NCBI GenBank assembly: GCA_028684405.1
Contig: JAQUGA010000003.1
Coordinates: 1-51,780 of the forward strand
Reading direction: 5' to 3'
Length of the DNA stretch: 51,780 nucleotides
Origin: Bacteroidales bacterium
GTDB taxonomy: Bacteria > Bacteroidota > Bacteroidia > Bacteroidales > WCHB1-69
Positions 8,381 through 17,683 of this stretch are shown in pieces. Position 1 is the first letter of the stretch. Every line of letters begins with the position of its first letter. Made by a program: the position numbers and the translations under genes. The notes under the pieces are model-generated. The model ran no database searches, had not been told where the DNA came from, and saw only the letters and a list, made by a program, of their open reading frames with translations.

Positions 8381-9649
8381 ATGAGCGATTTCAGATCCAT
8401 AAAACCCATGATATTCCCTTTGCAGGCTTTGCAAATTCCTGATATAGAGTCGACTGTTTTGAGCAACGGCGTTCGTCTTCAGATTTTGAAGGATATGCAA
8501 ATGGAATTGATTCGTTTTGATATAAAGTTTTCAGCAGGTGTTCGTTATCAAACAAAAATGTTTTTAGCTAGTTTTACTGCTAAAATGTTGTTTGAAGGAA
8601 CCCGAAAATACTCTTCCGAGGAGATTTCAGAAATGTTTGATTCAAAAGGAGCTTATTATGGCGTTTCGCCCGAATTAGACCATGTAAATGTGGTTTTTTA
8701 TATTCCAAAAATATTTTTCGAAGACCTTTTGCCGATTATCAGTGAAGTGCTTTTCGATGCTGTGTTTCCAGAGGATGATCTGATTAAACTTCAAAAGAAA
8801 GAGAAGATGAGTTTACGGGTTAACATGACAAAGTCGTCTGTTCTGGCTCGTTTTCATTTTAGGAATGTTCTTTTTGGCGACCATCATCCCTATGGATTGT
8901 TTCCTGTTTTGGAAAACATTCAAAATATAAGCAAAGATGATTTATCTCAATTTCATCATGAATTTTATATGCAAAACCCCTTTAAACTCTATTTGACGGG
9001 TGCTGTTGATGATGAAATTAAAAGAGCCGTCGAAAGAAGTTTTGGAAATGTTCAAGTAAAAAAAGATGCTGTCAAAGAAAAAGAGATGTTCTTCGAAACC
9101 AAGTCCGATGTTGATGTGGTATTGCCCGATGCAGTGCAACGTTCTCTTCGCTTAGGCCAACTTACTGTTCATCGCACACATCCTGATTTTGTCGATTTGG
9201 GAGTATTGTCTACTGTTTTAGGAGGGTATTTTGGTTCACGCCTGATGACCAATGTTCGTGAAGAGAAGGGCTACACATACGGCATTGGTTCTTCTATTGT
9301 GAGTTTGCAGGATGCTTCCTATCTGGCTGTTTATTCAGATGTAGGTAAAGATGTTTGGGAATTAGCATTGAAAGAGATTATTTTAGAAATGGAACGTTTA
9401 TGTAATGAAAAAGTTGAGCATGAAGAGCTCGAAAGAGTGAAGCAATACATTGCTGGTTCGATGTTTAGAAGCATGGATGGAGCGGTAAATATGATTGAAA
9501 AATTTATTGATTTGGATAATTATGGTTTGTCGTTTGATTTTTTGCAAAAGCAAATGGAATCGGTTCATGCCATTGATGAAGAACGTTTGCAAACTTTGGC
9601 TCAGAAATATCTAAAACCTGCTGATTTTGTGAAAGTCGTAGTAGGTTAA
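8381..9649 (+). CDS. M16 (pitrilysin/insulinase) family protein, predicted non-catalytic
   Basis: M16 architecture and length (422 aa). The position of the zinc motif HxxEH reads SFTAK (LASFTAKMLFEGT), so all three catalytic/ligand residues are replaced. Confidence 0.75.
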   Translation: MSDFRSIKPMIFPLQALQIPDIESTVLSNGVRLQILKDMQMELIRFDIKFSAGVRYQTKMFLASFTAKMLFEGTRKYSSEEISEMFDSKGAYYGVSPELDHVNVVFYIPKIFFEDLLPIISEVLFDAVFPEDDLIKLQKKEKMSLRVNMTKSSVLARFHFRNVLFGDHHPYGLFPVLENIQNISKDDLSQFHHEFYMQNPFKLYLTGAVDDEIKRAVERSFGNVQVKKDAVKEKEMFFETKSDVDVVLPDAVQRSLRLGQLTVHRTHPDFVDLGVLSTVLGGYFGSRLMTNVREEKGYTYGIGSSIVSLQDASYLAVYSDVGKDVWELALKEIILEMERLCNEKVEHEELERVKQYIAGSMFRSMDGAVNMIEKFIDLDNYGLSFDFLQKQMESVHAIDEERLQTLAQKYLKPADFVKVVVG

Positions 9650-9697
9650 ATACGAATTATTTAATAAAAGCGTTACGATTTATAATATGATAAATAT

Positions 9698-11704
9698 ATG
9701 AGGTGGTTTTGCTTACTAGTTATCGGGTTTGTTTTTCCGTCTGTTGTGTTTTCAATATCAACGGTGGACTTGAAATGTCTATCGGTAGATGATGGCGGAA
9801 ATGTGACTTTGACATGGACACCCATTGTTGCTAATCCTGACTTTGTTCGCTATGAAGTTTATTCATCGTTAAATGTTGCGGGACCCTATGTTTTTTTGCA
9901 AGCCATTCCCAATATAAATCAAAGTTCGTATGTTCATAATGGTGCTGGAGCTGATTTTGTTCGAGTATATTACTTCGTAAAAAGTATTGGAACATCCACC
10001 GAAAGCACTTCGGATACCTTGTCCACCATTTTATTGACTTTGACCAATTCGGGAAATGGAAATGCAAACCTTTCATGGAACAGTCCTGGAAATAATTTTC
10101 CACCAGCTACTGCCGGTTATTATAAAATTGAAAGAGCCTTTGAAGGCAACCCGATGTCGCTTTACGACTCATCTAATGTTTTGACATATGCAGATACCAT
10201 TGCTTTGTGTTCGGCACAATTGCATTACAGGGTTTATTATCAAAATACGTCTTGTATTTCTGCTTCTGCTTCAAAAGAAGATTTTTTTAGAGATTTGATG
10301 CCGCCTGCCATTCCCAGATTGGACAGTGTTAGTGTTTCTCCTGCTGACGGGAGTGTGCAAATTGGTTGGCAAGCCTCCAGTTCTATGGATACGGATGGCT
10401 ACTTATTGTATAGATTTGGCGGAGGAATTTGGTCGATTTTGGATACTATTTGGGGAATAAACAACACTTTTTATAATTATAATGAAGTAGATATTGTGAA
10501 TCAAACTTTTTCATATCGCATTGCTGCTTTGGACTCTTGTTTAAATGCCAGTCCCTTGGGAGATATTCAAACTTCTTTGTTGCTTCAATATGCTGTAAAT
10601 CAGTGTGCATCATCCGTAAACTTACAATGGAATTTGTATGAAAATATGCCCGGAGGAATTCAAGAGTATTTAATTTATGTGAGCCGCAATGGGACTGATT
10701 TTGAAATCGAATCGACCGTTACTGGAACTCAAAATTCTTTTGTGCTGGAATCTTTGGTAGATGGTTTTGAATATTGTATTTATGTAAAAGCAAAATCCAC
10801 TTTGGGAATTACCGCTTCTTCTCCTATTATTTGCTTTAATTTTGATGCCCATTCGACACCGGAAGATTTATTTATTCGCTATGTGGATGTAAATGATAAT
10901 GAACAAATTGATGTGGGCGTTTATGTTGATAATACCATCTCTTTTACTTCATTAAAATTATGGCGATACAATGAAGATGGCGGTTACGATTTTTTGTCGG
11001 AACAGGCATACAATGGTAGCGATTTTTACCAGTTTACGGATGGAAATGTGCAAACAGAGCGAATGCGATATTTCTATAAAATATCGCTGGTCGATATTTG
11101 TGGATTTGAGATGCCGAAAACGGACTCTGTAGGCTCTATTTTGCTCACCGGAATTGCTTTGGAAAGTTTGATTAATGAATTGCTGTGGTCAGAGTATTTT
11201 GGTTATCAAGGAGGTGTTCAGAGTTATGAAATATTTAGAGCAACCGCTCTGGATGGCTTTTTTACTCATGCTGATATAGTTTCTGAATTAACTTTTTTAT
11301 ATCAAGATGATGTTTTTCCATTGAGTCATACGGGAGCAAAATTTTCGTATTATGTTGCAGCCATTCAAGATGCAAATAGCTTTGGACACACGGCACAAAG
11401 TCGATCTAATAGAGTAACTCTTCATCAGTCGCCAAATACATTTATTCCCAATGCCTTTACCCCAAAAATGCGAAATCCAATTTTTAAACCAGTTAATGCA
11501 TTTGTAGATGCTTCGGATTATCATTTTTTTATTTATTCAAGAGATGGAACAGAGATTTTTAAAACCAACAATCCCAATATGGGATGGGATGGAACCTATA
11601 AAGGAAATAATGTGCAAGCTGGAATCTATGTTTATTTATTACGATATCAAAATGTTGACGGGAAGCAGTTTGATAAAAAGGGGACGGTGCTTTTGATTCG
11701 ATAA
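9698..11704 (+). CDS. Cell-surface protein with FN3-like repeats and a T9SS type B (gliding-motility-associated) C-terminal sorting domain
   Basis: Signal peptide. The C-terminus FIPNAFTPK...FFIYSRDGTEIFKT...GWDGTYKGNNVQAGIYVYLLRY...GTVLLIR fits the type B CTD pattern (PNAFTP..., GWDG, G.Y.Y). Confidence 0.8.
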   Translation: MRWFCLLVIGFVFPSVVFSISTVDLKCLSVDDGGNVTLTWTPIVANPDFVRYEVYSSLNVAGPYVFLQAIPNINQSSYVHNGAGADFVRVYYFVKSIGTSTESTSDTLSTILLTLTNSGNGNANLSWNSPGNNFPPATAGYYKIERAFEGNPMSLYDSSNVLTYADTIALCSAQLHYRVYYQNTSCISASASKEDFFRDLMPPAIPRLDSVSVSPADGSVQIGWQASSSMDTDGYLLYRFGGGIWSILDTIWGINNTFYNYNEVDIVNQTFSYRIAALDSCLNASPLGDIQTSLLLQYAVNQCASSVNLQWNLYENMPGGIQEYLIYVSRNGTDFEIESTVTGTQNSFVLESLVDGFEYCIYVKAKSTLGITASSPIICFNFDAHSTPEDLFIRYVDVNDNEQIDVGVYVDNTISFTSLKLWRYNEDGGYDFLSEQAYNGSDFYQFTDGNVQTERMRYFYKISLVDICGFEMPKTDSVGSILLTGIALESLINELLWSEYFGYQGGVQSYEIFRATALDGFFTHADIVSELTFLYQDDVFPLSHTGAKFSYYVAAIQDANSFGHTAQSRSNRVTLHQSPNTFIPNAFTPKMRNPIFKPVNAFVDASDYHFFIYSRDGTEIFKTNNPNMGWDGTYKGNNVQAGIYVYLLRYQNVDGKQFDKKGTVLLIR

Positions 11705-11888
11705 AATGTTTTAGCAAAATATTTAGTAAAAAAACATGAATAGTCTGAAGTTATTTTTTATTTTTGCCTTAATTAGTTTGTAGAAGAACTATGGTTTAAT
11801 TAGAAAAGAGCAAATAATAATAATAATGTAGTTTAGATATTTTCTTGCAATCATTAATTATATTAAAAGAAATCAAATATTTATAGTT

Positions 11889-14800
11889 ATGAAAAGAGTT
11901 TTATTTACTGTTTTAAGTCTCGTTATTTCAATGGGGTTATTTTCTCAAAATAGATTGATGCATGCTTGGACTTTTGATGATTTGGAAGCAGCCGATCAAA
12001 CATCTAAAGTAATCCCTTCTAATATAGGTGAAGCAAGCGAAGTGGCATACATTTATTTAGATGGAACCCATGGTTCGTCTGATTTTTTGTGTGCAGCAAG
12101 CGAAACACAGCTTACTGCATTTGGTGGAACCGATTTAAACGATCCCCGAACGACTCCCGATGCTGGTAATTCATTGGCATTGGTAAATTCATCTGCCAAT
12201 GGGTATCACATGGTTTTGAAATTTTCGATGAAAGGACTTAAAAATGCAACATTATCATTTGCTACTAGTGGCACCGCTTCGGGCTTTAATACACACCAAT
12301 GGGCTTGGAGTACGAATGGTACTGTTTTTACTGATTTTGGTGTGAGTACAGTCAATACCACAACTTCGTTTACCATTCAGAATTTGCCGCTTTCTGCCCT
12401 AAGTGATATTAATAATGCAGATTCTGTTTTTCTTCGTTTAACCATAAATGGAGCAAGTGACGTTGGCGGAAATAATCGTTTTGATAATATTTTAATCCAT
12501 GCCGAAAATTATTACGATTTAAGTGTTTTGGAAGTGATCAGTCCCGAAAATGCTATTTGTGGAACATTAAATGATCCAGTAATGGTGAAGATAAAGAACA
12601 ATAGCATATATCCCATTACTGATGCTAGTTTGTTTGCTTTAATAACATTTCCAGACTTAAGTACTGAACTGTTAGAAATGACTGTTAATTCCATTAATCC
12701 AATGCAGGAATTAAACTTATCCTTAGGAAATATTTCGACTTTATATCCTGGTGTTTATAAGATTAAAGCTTATATCGATTATGAATTTGATGACAATAAT
12801 TCAAATGATACAATAAATTATCAATTTGTAATTGCTGATATTTTTTCAATTCCATTTTTGTCTGAAATTGATGATTATGCAGAAGATGGTTTTTGGGTAA
12901 AAAATGGTTTTGCGTATGTTGCAGAAAACGCGCAAAATAATAGTAGTAGACTGCTCTCTGCTGAAGTAGATGATGTTCAAAATCAAGCTTCATTTTACAA
13001 TGCTAATATTTTTGACACTCTTCATTTTCACACTCATTTGATTTTTGATTGCCGAATTGTTCAACCGGATTATTCGACAGCTTATGAAATGGGAGAAGAG
13101 GATAGTTTAAATCTTTTTATCAGTACTGATTGTGGAAATACATTTTCTTTGTTTCATTCAATAAATATTGAAAATCAAGTTGTTGGTAGCGAATTTAGAA
13201 GAGTTGCTATTCCTTTAAATGCATTTATAGGGAATAAAGCAATCTTTAGATGGGAAGTAAGCACTGTAGATAGTAATTTTGTAGTTCAAATTGATGATAT
13301 TGAAGTTAGAAATGGCGATTTATGGGATATGGCCTCCGTTTCAAAAGTCTTTCCCGTCAATTTACCGTGTGGAAGTTTAACAGATACCCTTCGTGCTGTT
13401 TTTCAAAATGTTGGTGATGGTTATGTGACGAATATTCCAGTTGCAGTTCAAGTTTTCCGCCCAAGTCCAATTATGCCTCCCATTGTAACTTATAATGATA
13501 CCATTCATCAAGTTTTAGCTCCAGGTCAACAAATCGAATTTACTTTTTCAGAAACCATTAATACGACTGTTGCCGGAAAATATACATTCATGTTTAGGGT
13601 ATCTCATCCGTATGATACGGTGGCTACTTTGGGACACAATGCCAATAATGTTATTTTTGATAGTGTGCGTACGGTAGGTCCAGTTGTTGTTCCTTATTAT
13701 CAGGGCTTTGAGTCAGAATCTTATCTTGATAATTGGGAATCTGATGCTTCTTTTGATTTGTCGAATGAGTTGATTTATGCCGATTTTTCAGCTTCTAAAA
13801 ACAATGCTTATTTACAATCAAATAAACGATTGGGACCTATTGCTTCTGGTCATTCCCTGTTTTTTGATTATATATATACAATGATAGATGGAACAGCGGT
13901 TCAAATGGGATTGCAAGATTCTATTTCTGTATGGATTTCGGATGATTGTGCTATAACATACGAATTGCTTCATGTTATTTCTGCAAGCAATCATACCGTT
14001 TCAAATGCCATGACAAGAGTTCAATTGCCTTTGGTTGATTATGTGGGCTCAAATATTGTAGTTCGCTTTGAAATGCATTCTAATACTATTGACTCACGAA
14101 TTAAATTGGATGAGATTTATATTGATGGATTGCCTGATATCAGTATCCCTGGAAATTATATTGTTAATGTTTGCGAAGGAAATACGCATAATATTACAGT
14201 AAATGGTTCATCAAGTTTTCAATATAAATGGTTTGAAGGCAGCAGCCCTTTGGTTTCTTTGGGAACAGAACAGCATTTAGAAGTGAATCAATCCGGAATA
14301 TATCATGTAGTGGCAACAAATGGAGTGGGTTTAACGGCTCAGGACTCGGTTCAAATCAATATTATTCCATTGCCAGATGTAGAATTGAATTTGCCTTTGG
14401 AACAAAAAACCTTGTGTCCAAATGCTGCTTTTATTTATTTGTCTGGAAACAGTCCTGTCGGAGGAACTTTTTCGGGTTCAGGAGTAAGTGTGAATCGCTT
14501 TTATCCAGAGAATGCTGGAGTGGGAATTCACGTAATTACGTACACAGTTACTCAAAACTCTTGTACCAACACTGCAACAGATACCATCGAAGTTTTTCCA
14601 GTAACTTCCGTAATATTTTCTGGTTTGTCTGATTTGTGCTTAAATGAATCTGCCCTTGTTTTATCCCAAGGATTCCCAACGGGCGGAACGTACTCAGGCA
14701 TTGGTGTAAGTGGAAATGAATTTAACCCACAAACAGCTGGAGTAAATACTCATTTGATTACCTATTCTTATACAGATGATAATAATTGCATATTCACCGC

Positions 14801-15545
14801 GGTCGATACCATTGTTGTGAAGCCTTTACCAAATGCATTTGCCGGAAATAATACCGCTATTTGTCAAGGAGATCACACAACCTTGGTTGCCAGTGGAGGT
14901 GCTCATTATCTTTGGAATACACAACAGAATACCAATGCGATAGTTGTAAGTCCATCGCAAACAACAACTTATACGGTTACGGTAACCGGTATGAATGGCT
15001 GTACCAATACATCTTCTGTAACAGTTACGGTGAACGAATACCCAGTGGCAACTTTTGTTTTGCCCGAAGATACCGTTTGTTTGCAAACTGCTGCTTTTGA
15101 ATTAAGCGGAGGTTCAGGAACACCAGCCGGAGGAACAGGAAGCTATTCCGGAACTGGAGTTAGTGGTTCTTGGTTTAATCCAGCTATTGGATTAGGACCG
15201 TATGCGATTCGTTATACTTATTCTTTAAATGGTTGCGATTCTTCTATTACCCGATTTATTACGGTGGTGAATTGTACCGGTATTGATGAAAATTCTGATT
15301 TAAGCCAAATCGTAGTATTACCCAATCCTGCGGATGAAAGTTTTAGTATTTTATTTTCCGAATTGATTAAAAATGCTAATATTGTCATTTATGATGTGAG
15401 TGGACGGAAAGTATTTGAAACCGAACAAATGATTAATGAATCGAAAAAGCTTGATATAAATTCTTCTGCTTGGACTTCTGGAGTTTATTTTATCCAAGTT
15501 CAAAGTGGAAACAGAAGCCATTATCAGAAATTAATTAAAAGATAG
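11889..15545 (+). CDS. Large adhesin-like surface protein (two CARDB-like plus MAM/choice-of-anchor-like modules, Ig-like Cys-rich repeats) with a T9SS type A CTD
   Basis: Signal peptide MKRVLFTVLSLVISMGLFSQN. Internal duplication (…ISTDCGNTFSLFH…IDDIEV vs …ISDDCAITYELLH…LDEIYI). Repeated C.G....L.A.GG..Y.W modules. CTD VVLPNPADESFSILF...YDVSGRKVFE...GVYFIQV. Confidence 0.8.
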   Translation: MKRVLFTVLSLVISMGLFSQNRLMHAWTFDDLEAADQTSKVIPSNIGEASEVAYIYLDGTHGSSDFLCAASETQLTAFGGTDLNDPRTTPDAGNSLALVNSSANGYHMVLKFSMKGLKNATLSFATSGTASGFNTHQWAWSTNGTVFTDFGVSTVNTTTSFTIQNLPLSALSDINNADSVFLRLTINGASDVGGNNRFDNILIHAENYYDLSVLEVISPENAICGTLNDPVMVKIKNNSIYPITDASLFALITFPDLSTELLEMTVNSINPMQELNLSLGNISTLYPGVYKIKAYIDYEFDDNNSNDTINYQFVIADIFSIPFLSEIDDYAEDGFWVKNGFAYVAENAQNNSSRLLSAEVDDVQNQASFYNANIFDTLHFHTHLIFDCRIVQPDYSTAYEMGEEDSLNLFISTDCGNTFSLFHSINIENQVVGSEFRRVAIPLNAFIGNKAIFRWEVSTVDSNFVVQIDDIEVRNGDLWDMASVSKVFPVNLPCGSLTDTLRAVFQNVGDGYVTNIPVAVQVFRPSPIMPPIVTYNDTIHQVLAPGQQIEFTFSETINTTVAGKYTFMFRVSHPYDTVATLGHNANNVIFDSVRTVGPVVVPYYQGFESESYLDNWESDASFDLSNELIYADFSASKNNAYLQSNKRLGPIASGHSLFFDYIYTMIDGTAVQMGLQDSISVWISDDCAITYELLHVISASNHTVSNAMTRVQLPLVDYVGSNIVVRFEMHSNTIDSRIKLDEIYIDGLPDISIPGNYIVNVCEGNTHNITVNGSSSFQYKWFEGSSPLVSLGTEQHLEVNQSGIYHVVATNGVGLTAQDSVQINIIPLPDVELNLPLEQKTLCPNAAFIYLSGNSPVGGTFSGSGVSVNRFYPENAGVGIHVITYTVTQNSCTNTATDTIEVFPVTSVIFSGLSDLCLNESALVLSQGFPTGGTYSGIGVSGNEFNPQTAGVNTHLITYSYTDDNNCIFTAVDTIVVKPLPNAFAGNNTAICQGDHTTLVASGGAHYLWNTQQNTNAIVVSPSQTTTYTVTVTGMNGCTNTSSVTVTVNEYPVATFVLPEDTVCLQTAAFELSGGSGTPAGGTGSYSGTGVSGSWFNPAIGLGPYAIRYTYSLNGCDSSITRFITVVNCTGIDENSDLSQIVVLPNPADESFSILFSELIKNANIVIYDVSGRKVFETEQMINESKKLDINSSAWTSGVYFIQVQSGNRSHYQKLIKR

Positions 15546-15586
15546 TTTTTTATCAGAAATAATTTCAGAATAAGTACTTTCAGAGC

Positions 15587-15631
15587 AAGAGAGGAGTGAG
15601 GCAAAAGATTGCTTTACTCCTCTCTTTTTTT
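15587..15631 (+). terminator. Intrinsic terminator after the 1218-aa T9SS protein
   Basis: AAGAGAGGAGT ... ACTCCTCTCTT stem (11 bp) followed by a T-run (15626-15631). Confidence 0.75.
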
Positions 15632-15639
15632 ATTTTACA

Positions 15640-15800
15640 GATTCCTCATTCCACTCCGTTGTATTACCAATGACACACAGAGTCATTCCGAACTTGTTTC
15701 CAGTCATTCCGAACTTGTTTCGGAATCTCTCTTTTGTTGTTGTGGTTGAGTAGCCCCTAGCCCTGTTCATTGTCATTCTGAATGAAGCGAAGAATCTGTT
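15640..15800. repeat. Cluster of REP-like hairpin repeats (GTCATTCCGAAC..GTTTCGGAATC family)
   Basis: 20-nt perfect direct repeat AGTCATTCCGAACTTGTTTC at 15681-15700 and 15702-15721. The second copy completes an 8-bp hairpin ATTCCGAA-CTTGT-TTCGGAAT (15706-15726). A degenerate third unit TGTCATTCTGAATGAAGCGAAGAATC lies at 15771-15796. The 76-aa minus-strand ORF at 15630-15860 is just a translation of these repeats (…FRNKFGMTGNKFGMT…). Confidence 0.7.
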
Positions 15801-15896
15801 TTCTTTTATCGGACAACAATAATTTTGATTATTTCTTTTTAGGATCGCTGTAAAATTCATCTACATAGTGTAAAATCATTATTATTCATTTTTCTG

Positions 15897-15929
15897 CATA
15901 GATAATCGACTTTTTATCGATTATCTATG
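15897..15929. promoter_or_regulatory. Perfect 13-bp inverted repeat (candidate AbiEi operator)
   Basis: CATAGATAATCGA-(7 nt)-TCGATTATCTATG at 15897-15909 and 15917-15929. It ends 10 nt upstream of the abiE -7 box, so it covers the -33 region. Confidence 0.55.
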
Positions 15930-15939
15930 TAAATTGTAG

Positions 15940-15947
15940 TATATTTG
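15940..15947 (+). promoter_or_regulatory. -7 box (TAnnTTTG) for the abiEi-abiEii operon
   Basis: TATATTTG, 18 nt upstream of ATG 15966. Confidence 0.5.
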
Positions 15948-15965
15948 TGGTCTAAAAAAGAAAAA

Positions 15966-16598
15966 ATGGAACAATTAAAGGGTTTTGGAATAGTTCCTTT
16001 TGCCAAAGGAGCCTTGTTTAATATGTTGCGAACATATAAATCGCCTAATGATAAGGTGTCGGCTTTGATTGAAAATGGAGACATTATTTCGTTGAAAAAT
16101 GGTCTTTATGTTGTTTCCGAAAAACACAGAAGCGAAAAACTTATTATTGAACTTATTGCAAATCAAATTTATGGTCCTTCCTATGTTTCATTGGATTCTG
16201 CCTTGGCATACTACGGATTAATTCCCGAAAAAGTCAGTGTTGTAAGTTCTATTTGTTCAAAGAGGTCAAGAAAATTCAAGAACTCTTTAGGACATTTTTA
16301 TTATTTTTCAGCCAAACCTGACTATTTTGAAATAGGAGTGAATAGCATCAGTATAGATAATAGACATCATTTTCTCATGGCTTCTATTGAAAAGGCAATT
16401 TGTGATAAAATTATTTTTACACAGAATCTAAACATTGTGTCTATCAAATCTATGGAATTATTCTTAGTTGAGAATCTCAGATTTGACTTTTCGGGTATTC
16501 AAGAGTTTGATTTTAGCATTATTGAAAAATGTATTGAATGTGGTATAAAAACAAAAGCACTAACTTTATTGTTGAAATATTTTAAAACTATAATTTAA
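15966..16598 (+). CDS. abiEi: AbiEi-family antitoxin / transcriptional regulator (type IV TA, abortive infection AbiE)
   Basis: YVSLDSALAYYGLIPE is the hallmark segment of AbiEi-type proteins. One nt separates its stop (16596-16598) from the AbiEii ATG (16600). Start set to ATG 15966 because the TTG at 15945 lies inside the TATATTTG -7 box. Confidence 0.65.
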   Translation: MEQLKGFGIVPFAKGALFNMLRTYKSPNDKVSALIENGDIISLKNGLYVVSEKHRSEKLIIELIANQIYGPSYVSLDSALAYYGLIPEKVSVVSSICSKRSRKFKNSLGHFYYFSAKPDYFEIGVNSISIDNRHHFLMASIEKAICDKIIFTQNLNIVSIKSMELFLVENLRFDFSGIQEFDFSIIEKCIECGIKTKALTLLLKYFKTII

Positions 16599-16599
16599 A

Positions 16600-17439
16600 A
16601 TGGAAGTATTTGATCAAATGTTATCTCGATATAATCTGCAAACAGATGCTGATGTATATAATGCGACGAGAGAAATAATGCAAGAGATTACTTTAGCGGG
16701 CTTGTATAGAGGTGGTTTCTTTAATAAAGCTGCGTTTTATGGCGGAACTTGTTTGAGGATATTTTATAAGTTAGATCGTTTTTCAGAAGATTTGGATTTT
16801 TCTTTATTGCAAAGTGATTTGGATTTTAAATTTGAACCTTATTTTAAATCAGTTATTGCTGAGTTTGCAGCTCTAGGAATAGATGTAGAGATAGCTCAAA
16901 AGCAAAAAACACATGTAAGCAATATTGAATCTGCATTTTTAAAACAAACAACCCCAATTTATACTTTACAAATTCATGATAAAAAGAAAATTAAAATTAA
17001 GTTTGAAGTGGATACAAATCCGCCCATGGGTTTTGAAATCGAAAATAAATTGTTGTTGCAACCTTTTTCTTTTTATGTAAGTTGTTTTACTTTGTCGGAT
17101 TTGTTTGCTGGTAAAATGCATGCCTTGCTTTTTAGACAGTGGAAGAGTCGTGTGAAAGGACGTGATTGGTATGATTTTGAATGGTATGTGCGGAATCGTG
17201 TGAAACTTAATTTATCGCATTTTGCTGAAAGAGCTTTTCAAAGTAAACATATTTTTAAAAATAGCTTGAATAGAGAAGATTTTATGCAAATGTTAAATGA
17301 AAAAATGGAAACAGTTGATTTTAAAAGTGCTGCTAATGAAGTGTCAGTATTTATTAAAAATCCATCTGTAACGGATATTTGGTCAAAAGATTATTTTACG
17401 CAATTGGCAGAAATGATTGAATTTAAAGAAATCTCGTAG
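16600..17439 (+). CDS. abiEii: AbiEii/AbiGii-family nucleotidyltransferase toxin (DUF1814)
   Basis: FYGGTCLRIFYKLDRFSEDLDFS (GG-T-L...R.SEDLDF nucleotidyltransferase core) and KGRDWYDFEWY, both typical of AbiEii toxins. Positioned immediately after an AbiEi-like gene. Confidence 0.8.
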   Translation: MEVFDQMLSRYNLQTDADVYNATREIMQEITLAGLYRGGFFNKAAFYGGTCLRIFYKLDRFSEDLDFSLLQSDLDFKFEPYFKSVIAEFAALGIDVEIAQKQKTHVSNIESAFLKQTTPIYTLQIHDKKKIKIKFEVDTNPPMGFEIENKLLLQPFSFYVSCFTLSDLFAGKMHALLFRQWKSRVKGRDWYDFEWYVRNRVKLNLSHFAERAFQSKHIFKNSLNREDFMQMLNEKMETVDFKSAANEVSVFIKNPSVTDIWSKDYFTQLAEMIEFKEIS

Positions 17440-17683
17440 ACTATTGGTTTTTAGGATAACCATTTGTTTCCCAATAATAGAGATGGTTGGTTTTGTTTAG
17501 TGAAGCCCTTCATGATGTTTTTTTCTGTCAAAATAACATTCAAGACCTTGGTTGTTGTGACATTGTGTCAGTTCTTTTATTTTTCCTAAAAGATAAGTCA
17601 TTGATAGTTAATATGTTAGTTTTTGTCCTTGTTTTTAGGATGGGTTTTTGATAAGGTAATAATCAAAAAAAAAACACAATATT

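Noticed and set aside
15681-15722. Tandem 21-nt-period repeat as a possible minimal CRISPR array.
   Set aside because: There are only two directly abutting copies with no spacer, no cas genes in the window, and the unit is a hairpin of REP type.
15630-15860. 76-aa minus-strand ORF in the gap before the AbiE module.
   Set aside because: Its sequence (…FRNKFGMTGNKFGMT…, …FASFRMT…) is a translation of the tandem REP-like repeats. It has no independent coding signal.
17440-17683. 244-nt region upstream of clpB with short repeats (GTTTTTAGGAT twice) and 6-bp inverted repeats, considered as a heat-shock regulatory element or AbiE terminator.
   Set aside because: The stems are only 4-6 bp and AT-rich, and I found no exact TAnnTTTG box or other motif I recognise. 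The evidence is not enough to call a feature.
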